The notes under the pieces are model-generated. The model was not told the DNA's origin. It was given only the letters and a program-made list of their open reading frames with translations, and ran no database searches. 10,937 nt of DNA from Candidatus Krumholzibacteriota bacterium (GTDB lineage: Bacteria; Krumholzibacteriota; Krumholzibacteriia; LZORAL124-64-63). Both the position numbers and the translations under genes were made by a program. Every line of letters begins with the position of its first letter. The stretch's first letter is position 1. The DNA is taken from positions 1 through 10,937 of the forward strand of contig JBDLKA010000115.1 in the NCBI GenBank assembly GCA_039714075.1, given 5' to 3'. This document shows, one piece after another, positions 5,910 through 10,937 of the stretch.

Positions 5910-6491
5910 GGCCGCCAGCCGGGACAGGACGCGGGGATACAACTCGCATTCGGCAGCGAACACCCGGGCGGCCAGGGTGGCCACGTCATCGCCGGGCAGA
6001 ACCGGGACCTCTTGTTGACCGAGGATGCGGCCGGTGTCGTACTGGTCGTCCACCAGGTGGACCGTGCACCCGGTCACGGGATCTCCCGCCGCCAGCACCG
6101 CCTGATGAACCCGGTCGCCGTAGAACCCCTTACCCCCGTATTTGGGCAACAGGGCCGGGTGGATGTTGACCACCGGGCCGTTGAACCAACCCGCCTGGAT
6201 GTAGAAACAGAGATATCCGGCCAGGATGATGATCCTGGGGCCATGCGGTTCGAGCCAGGCGTTGATCGCGGTGTTGTGCTGGGCGATGGAGGGATAGTCA
6301 CGGCGGCGAAAAATCCCGCAGGAAAGACCGTGGTCGCGGGCGATGTCCACCCCGCGCACGTCCGACCGGCTGGAAACGACCGCGGTCACCTCCAGGTCCA
6401 GTTCACCGGCCGCCCGCTTGGCCAGCAGGTTTTCCAGGGTCCGGCCGCTGCCGGACAGCAGCACCGCGGCCTTCACGCTGTTGCTTTCCAT
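5898..6491 (-). CDS. purN: Phosphoribosylglycinamide formyltransferase
   Basis: AVLLSGSGRTL, ILAGY, NIHPALLPKYGGKG.YG..VH and TGCTVHLVD..YDTG. ATG 6491 has GGAG upstream (alternative start 6518). Confidence 0.93.
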   Translation of the reverse strand: MESNSVKAAVLLSGSGRTLENLLAKRAAGELDLEVTAVVSSRSDVRGVDIARDHGLSCGIFRRRDYPSIAQHNTAINAWLEPHGPRIIILAGYLCFYIQAGWFNGPVVNIHPALLPKYGGKGFYGDRVHQAVLAAGDPVTGCTVHLVDDQYDTGRILGQQEVPVLPGDDVATLAARVFAAECELYPRVLSRLAADLT

Positions 6492-6505
6492 TCCACTCTC
6501 CGTAT

Positions 6506-7024
6506 TCAGGAGTCCCATTCCTCTGCCAATCGGGCCAGGACTCTTCGGTGGGCGGCAAAAGCGACCGGGCCGGGCACTTCCCCACTTCCGAAAAAGCCCA
6601 CGTCCGCGGCATCGTCGCCGGCCTGCAGCTTGCCCCCGATTTCCTCGGCCCGGTAAAAGACAACCAGAACGGGAATGTCGGGCGGCAGGATGCCGGATTC
6701 GACGGCATACAGTTCCGTCAATCGCACCTCGAGCCCCGTCTCCTCGAGGGCTTCCCGCCGGGCGGTCAGCTGGACATCCTCATCCCATTCCATGAAGCCG
6801 GTGGGAAAGGACCACTGCCCCTCCTTGGGGGGAAATTTCCGTTTTACCAGGCAGACTTTCCGGTCGCGAACCACGACCACACCGGCGCCCGGCGCGGGGT
6901 TGAGGTACTGCACGAAACCACAGTCGGGACAGGCCGGCCGCGCGAGCCCGCCTTCGGGCCGGAGGATCATGTCGGCCCGGCAGTGCGGACAAAACTTGAA
7001 GACATGGCGGTTGGACGGATTCAT
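6506..7024 (-). CDS. Nudix hydrolase with N-terminal zinc ribbon
   Basis: FKFCPHC...CPDCGFVQYLNP, and Nudix box GFMEWDEDVQLTARREALEETGL. ATGA overlap with the lnt stop. Confidence 0.92.
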   Translation of the reverse strand: MNPSNRHVFKFCPHCRADMILRPEGGLARPACPDCGFVQYLNPAPGAGVVVVRDRKVCLVKRKFPPKEGQWSFPTGFMEWDEDVQLTARREALEETGLEVRLTELYAVESGILPPDIPVLVVFYRAEEIGGKLQAGDDAADVGFFGSGEVPGPVAFAAHRRVLARLAEEWDS

Positions 7025-8631
7025 GATACCCCGTCCCTAGCCGGCGGCGCCGCCTTGCGTCCCCATATGATCGCAAAAACCGACCACACGATCAGAAGCC
7101 CGAACAGGGGCCAGGCGCCGAACGCCACATATGGAGTCCGCCCCGCTCCCGGGTGGATGGCGGCCCGCGCGATGCCCTTTTGTCCCAGCTCGAGCCAGGC
7201 GAGCTTGTTCCCGTCAGCGTCGCAGATGAAACTGATCCCGTTGTTGGCGCAGCGAATGACCGGCACCCCGCATTCGACGCCCCGCATGCGGGCCATCCAG
7301 GTGTGCTGCCGGGGGCCGGCCGATTTGCCGAACCAGCCGTCGTTGGTGATCACCACCAGGCACTGGCTGCCGCGGCGGACAGAGTACCTGGCCAGGTGGG
7401 AGAAGATGGATTCGAAACAGACCATCCCGGAAAAACGGAAGCTCCCCCGCTCGGTTTTCATGGTCATGGGCTGGGGCGGTTCCCCGGGGGTCCATTCGGC
7501 CTGGCCGACGTCCAGTTTCGCCAGGAAGGGGAACAGCCAGGTGAAGGGCATCGATTCACCAATGGGCAGCAGATGGTACTTGGCGTAATTGTCCACGATC
7601 TTGCCCCGGGGACTCAACAGGCCGGAGGAATTGAAGGTCCTCACTTTCCCGTCGGGATCGCGGTCGGCATCCGGGAACCCCGCATAGAGCCAGATCCCGG
7701 TATCGGTCACCAGTTTGCGGATCCACTCCAGCAGATCCTTGTCATAGCGCAGATAGGCGGGCACGGCCGTTTCCGCCCAGACCACGAATTCGGCATCATC
7801 ATCGGCAGCTTGGCGTGTCAACTTGTCGTAGGGTTTCTGGGTGGCGTCGATCTTGTCGTCCACCCACTTCACCGCTAAAGCGACATCGGCCTGGACGGCG
7901 GCCGCCTCCACGACATCCATGGTGTCGGGAGAAGCCGCGGGTCCGGAGAGGTTCACCCGGGAACCTGCCAGCAGACCAATCCAAATCAACCCGCAGGCAA
8001 CCAGGAGGGCATTTCGGTAGCTAGCGGCCGCAAGCAGCCCGCGCCTGGTTGCCCAGACGGCCGTAAACGCCGCAGCCAGAAAAGCGATGCCCCCACCGAC
8101 TCCGATTTCGCCGCTGGTCTTGGCGAGGAACAACAGGGGCGACCCGATGACGGCCGCACCACTCAGGCACCAGGAAAAGGCAAGTTCACCACGGGACCGC
8201 AGGGCCTCCATGCCCACCCACAAGACAGGCAGTAGCATGAGACCGGTTCCGGACCCCAGCCGATCCTTCAGCTTGCCGAACACCCAGCCCAGGACCAGGT
8301 AAAAACACGAAACGTAGAGAATGGCCGCCCCCGCCTGGATGGGCACTAGGGCGCGGGTCGGAATGGTTTTTGAAGGATCCAGCAGGAACAGCCAGTGCAG
8401 CAGGGCGGCCTGATGCGCCAGGCCGAATAACCAGGCCGCACGGCCCGGCCGCGCCGAGGTCAGCATGACACCGAACAGGAGAGCCATTCCCAGGGGAACC
8501 AAAAGGCCCGTCCACTGGTACGGAGGCAGCCCGGCGGTGACCAGCAAGCCGGCGAAAAGAGCCAGGTTGGTGGACAGGCCCGGCCGGCCCACCCGCAACC
8601 GGGGGCCCTGTTGTTCCATGGTGTCATTCAT
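7021..8631 (-). CDS. lnt: Apolipoprotein N-acyltransferase
   Basis: Multi-TM N-terminus (W...E.LRS.G..FSW) and a nitrilase-fold E-K-C triad: WAETA, YAKYHLLPIGESMP, VCFESIF, plus ITNDGWFG and RCANNGIS. Start uncertain (8640/8631/8619). Confidence 0.93.
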   Translation of the reverse strand: MNDTMEQQGPRLRVGRPGLSTNLALFAGLLVTAGLPPYQWTGLLVPLGMALLFGVMLTSARPGRAAWLFGLAHQAALLHWLFLLDPSKTIPTRALVPIQAGAAILYVSCFYLVLGWVFGKLKDRLGSGTGLMLLPVLWVGMEALRSRGELAFSWCLSGAAVIGSPLLFLAKTSGEIGVGGGIAFLAAAFTAVWATRRGLLAAASYRNALLVACGLIWIGLLAGSRVNLSGPAASPDTMDVVEAAAVQADVALAVKWVDDKIDATQKPYDKLTRQAADDDAEFVVWAETAVPAYLRYDKDLLEWIRKLVTDTGIWLYAGFPDADRDPDGKVRTFNSSGLLSPRGKIVDNYAKYHLLPIGESMPFTWLFPFLAKLDVGQAEWTPGEPPQPMTMKTERGSFRFSGMVCFESIFSHLARYSVRRGSQCLVVITNDGWFGKSAGPRQHTWMARMRGVECGVPVIRCANNGISFICDADGNKLAWLELGQKGIARAAIHPGAGRTPYVAFGAWPLFGLLIVWSVFAIIWGRKAAPPARDGVS

Positions 8632-8699
8632 GACCGGCAAAATACCTGACCGGCCGGATGGTGTCCAGTGGCGGGACAGTCAATTTGTCCGGCCCCGGC

Positions 8700-10211
8700 T
8701 CAGGTTTCCGCTGAAGCGATCAGATCCGACATCCCGTACCGCTGAATCTTCTTGTAGAGCCCCTGCCGCGAAAGCCCCAGCCTCCTGGCCGCCGAAGCCT
8801 TGCGTCCTTCAGTGGCCGCGATGGCCTTGCGGATCAAGTAACGCTCGAGTATCTCCTGCGCCTGACCCAGTTCGCGCAGCGTGCCCAGATCGGCCACGTC
8901 CACGCGGCCCGTGCGGGCGGTCTGGATGTCCTGGGACAAACTGCCAAGGGTGATGATATCGGCCTGGGGATACAGAGCCAGGAACCGCTGCACTTCGTTC
9001 TCCAATTCCCTTACGTTTCCCGGCCAGCGCCAAGCCTGCAGACACGCAATAGCTTTTTCTGTAATTGTATATTTTTCAAATTCTTTGCCACTTTTCTTAA
9101 GAAAATAGGAAAACAACGGCAGAACATCCTCCGGCCGGTTTCTCAGCGGCGGGATTTCCAGAGCCACCACCTTGAGGCGGTAATAGAGATCCAGCCGGAA
9201 CCGACCCGCGGCGATTTCGGCGGGAAGCTCTTTGTGACTGGCGGCAAGGAAACGGATATCAACCGGACGGGATTGCAGTTCCCCTATCCGGCGCACGCTT
9301 CGTTCCTGCATCACGCGCAACAATTTGATCTGGAGTTCCATGGGCATGTCGCCGATTTCATCCAGGAAAAAAGTCCCCCCGTGGGCCGCGGCCAGCAGAC
9401 CCTTCTTTTCACCGCTGGCCCCGGTGAAGGCGCCGGCCCGGTGCCCGAACAGTTCGCTTTCAAAGAGGGACGCCGGCAGGGCGGCGCAATTCTGACCCAC
9501 GAACTCGCCCTTCGCCCGTTCGCTGCATTGGTGCAGGGCCTGGGCGATGACCTCCTTCCCCGTACCGCTCTCCCCCTTCAAGAGAACATTGACACCGCTT
9601 CTGGCGATATCAGGAATCCTCTTGCCGAGTTCGTTCATTTCCCGGCTGCAGCCGATGCAGCCGGGGATTCCGGACACGGACACCGGACGCGGCATGGGCA
9701 GGCAATTCTTTTTGGCGCCAGTCCTGGATTTGGAACCGGCCCGGATCCGGGAACGGCCGAATTCCGGGTGGGGAAACAGGCAGCCCTGAGCCGGCGTAGC
9801 CGACGGGAACGATTTTTCATAGTGAGGTTCCAGCTGCATGAGCACGGGACCCAGCCTTGCCGCCAGTCTTTGTCCCCACAGGAAGATGGATTCCCGCCAG
9901 GGCTGTTCGGCCTGGAACCAGATGGCCAGACAGCCCCTCACCTGGCCTCTGTCTGCAAGCGGCTCCACCCACAGGGCGGTGTCGGCCGATTGGAAGGCCA
10001 GTTCCTCTCTGCGTTCCAGCATGGCTTTAAGCAGGGCGCCCAAGGGTGGGCGTTGGTCCAGACCCTGGGACCGTCCCCGGCCGGTGGCCCAGGAGAACAG
10101 GATGTTCAAGGGCGAGGTCAGGTCCGAGCCGTCGCGGCGGACAACCCAAACGGCCGCTCCGGTGCCCCCGTGGGGATAACTTCTGATTTCCTCCTGCCAG
10201 AATTTCCTCAT
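8700..10211 (-). CDS. Sigma54-dependent transcriptional activator (bEBP, AAA+ plus Fis-type HTH)
   Basis: GESGTGKE, ESELFGH..GAFTGA, GTFFLDEIG, FRLDLYYRL, WPGNVREL and C-terminal AARRLGLSRQGLYKK. ATG 10211 has GGGAGG upstream and lies downstream of the predicted promoter. Confidence 0.93.
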   Translation of the reverse strand: MRKFWQEEIRSYPHGGTGAAVWVVRRDGSDLTSPLNILFSWATGRGRSQGLDQRPPLGALLKAMLERREELAFQSADTALWVEPLADRGQVRGCLAIWFQAEQPWRESIFLWGQRLAARLGPVLMQLEPHYEKSFPSATPAQGCLFPHPEFGRSRIRAGSKSRTGAKKNCLPMPRPVSVSGIPGCIGCSREMNELGKRIPDIARSGVNVLLKGESGTGKEVIAQALHQCSERAKGEFVGQNCAALPASLFESELFGHRAGAFTGASGEKKGLLAAAHGGTFFLDEIGDMPMELQIKLLRVMQERSVRRIGELQSRPVDIRFLAASHKELPAEIAAGRFRLDLYYRLKVVALEIPPLRNRPEDVLPLFSYFLKKSGKEFEKYTITEKAIACLQAWRWPGNVRELENEVQRFLALYPQADIITLGSLSQDIQTARTGRVDVADLGTLRELGQAQEILERYLIRKAIAATEGRKASAARRLGLSRQGLYKKIQRYGMSDLIASAET

Positions 10212-10255
10212 GCAATGAAACCCTCCCGTTGAATTGAACAGTACGGGATACCCAT

Positions 10256-10271
10256 TGCAGGAGAAGTGCCA
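10256..10271 (-). promoter_or_regulatory. Sigma54 (-24/-12) promoter
   Basis: Minus strand TGGCACTTCTCCTGCA: exact GG-N10-GC spacing, one mismatch to TGGCAC-N5-TTGCW, about 45 nt upstream of ATG 10211. Confidence 0.7.
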
Positions 10272-10446
10272 CTCAAGAAAGAGGGACACGAACCTGTGGC
10301 GCTTTGCCAGGCAACGACAGCAAACCCTTGTCCGGCAGACGGATAAATATGCTCCGGATCCAGCGGTCAGCCACCTCTTAGGGAACATGTGTCCCAGTCC
10401 TGTCCCGGGCCGACGTCACCCTCATACCCTCATCGGGACATGTCCC

Positions 10447-10476
10447 AAAAAAAAGCCGGCGGAGAACCGCCGGCTT
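10447..10476 (-). terminator. Intrinsic terminator after purM
   Basis: Minus strand AAGCCGGCGG-TTCT-CCGCCGGC-TTTTTTTT, about 22 nt after the purM stop. Confidence 0.92.
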
Positions 10477-10498
10477 GATCAATCCGTGCAGGGTCATT

Positions 10499-10937
10499 TC
10501 AAAAAGGCATCCGCACCTTTTCCGCACCTTCGCTGACGGTGCCGATTTCCCTGACCTCAAGGCCCTCGATGCGGGTCAAATCGGTTTCCGGCCCCGTGAC
10601 CACCACCATTCCGATCCCCATGTTGAAGACCCGGTACATCTCGCTGTCGGCCACGCCGCCCTTGTCGGCGATCAGTTGGAAGATGGGCAGAGGCGTCCAG
10701 GCAGTCGGATCGACCTCAACGCACAGGCCGTCCGGCACCACACGGGGAATGTTGTCGTAGAATCCGCCCCCGGTGATGTGGACCAGACCGTGGACGGACG
10801 GGCGGCCAGCCGCGGCCCAGATGGCGCGCAGATCGTTCAGGTAGCTGCGGTGGACCGCCAGCAGGGCGTCGGCCACCGAATCCCCGCCCAGGACCTCGGG
10901 CCTGTCGTCGACGCCGAAACCCGCCTTTTCCAGCAGG
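10499..10937 (-). CDS. purM: Phosphoribosylformylglycinamidine cyclo-ligase (AIR synthetase), C-terminal part, truncated by the window edge
   Basis: GLVHITGGGFYDNIPRVVP and EMYRVFNMGIGMV. The frame stays open to the window end. Stop TGA at 10499-10501. Confidence 0.94.
   Translation of the reverse strand, partial: LLEKAGFGVDDRPEVLGGDSVADALLAVHRSYLNDLRAIWAAAGRPSVHGLVHITGGGFYDNIPRVVPDGLCVEVDPTAWTPLPIFQLIADKGGVADSEMYRVFNMGIGMVVVTGPETDLTRIEGLEVREIGTVSEGAEKVRMPF

Noticed and set aside
9549..9560. 12-nt match GACCTCCTTCCC between hairpin 1 arm and the activator gene (guide/target idea)
   Set aside because: Too short to exceed chance in 11 kb of GC-rich DNA, and I saw no comparable matches for the other arms.

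Overview
GC-rich bacterial chromosomal window with mostly housekeeping and redox genes. In order: 3' end of trxB (+), a lipoprotein sulfatase-like gene (+), folE (-), the nfnAB-type transhydrogenase pair (+), then a minus-strand run of purM (partial, terminated), a sigma54-dependent activator, lnt, a Zn-ribbon Nudix hydrolase and purN. The most unusual signal is non-coding: three long hairpins (534-650, 2156-2272, 2325-2419) share an invariant 19-nt core, GCTTAGGTTTCACATGCGC, and G(T/C)AG...CTAC termini. Their 30-37 bp arms are near-perfect within a copy but differ between copies, with 13 compensated substitutions between copies 1 and 2. Each sits directly behind a stop codon with the core in the sense orientation. 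Two of them lie within ~190-bp degenerate direct repeats that bracket the sulfatase gene like a cassette. Also seen: a cloverleaf-like structure in the folE-nfnA spacer, and a sigma54 promoter with GGACA/TGTCC boxes around the activator. All calls come from reading the sequence by eye; no searches were run.
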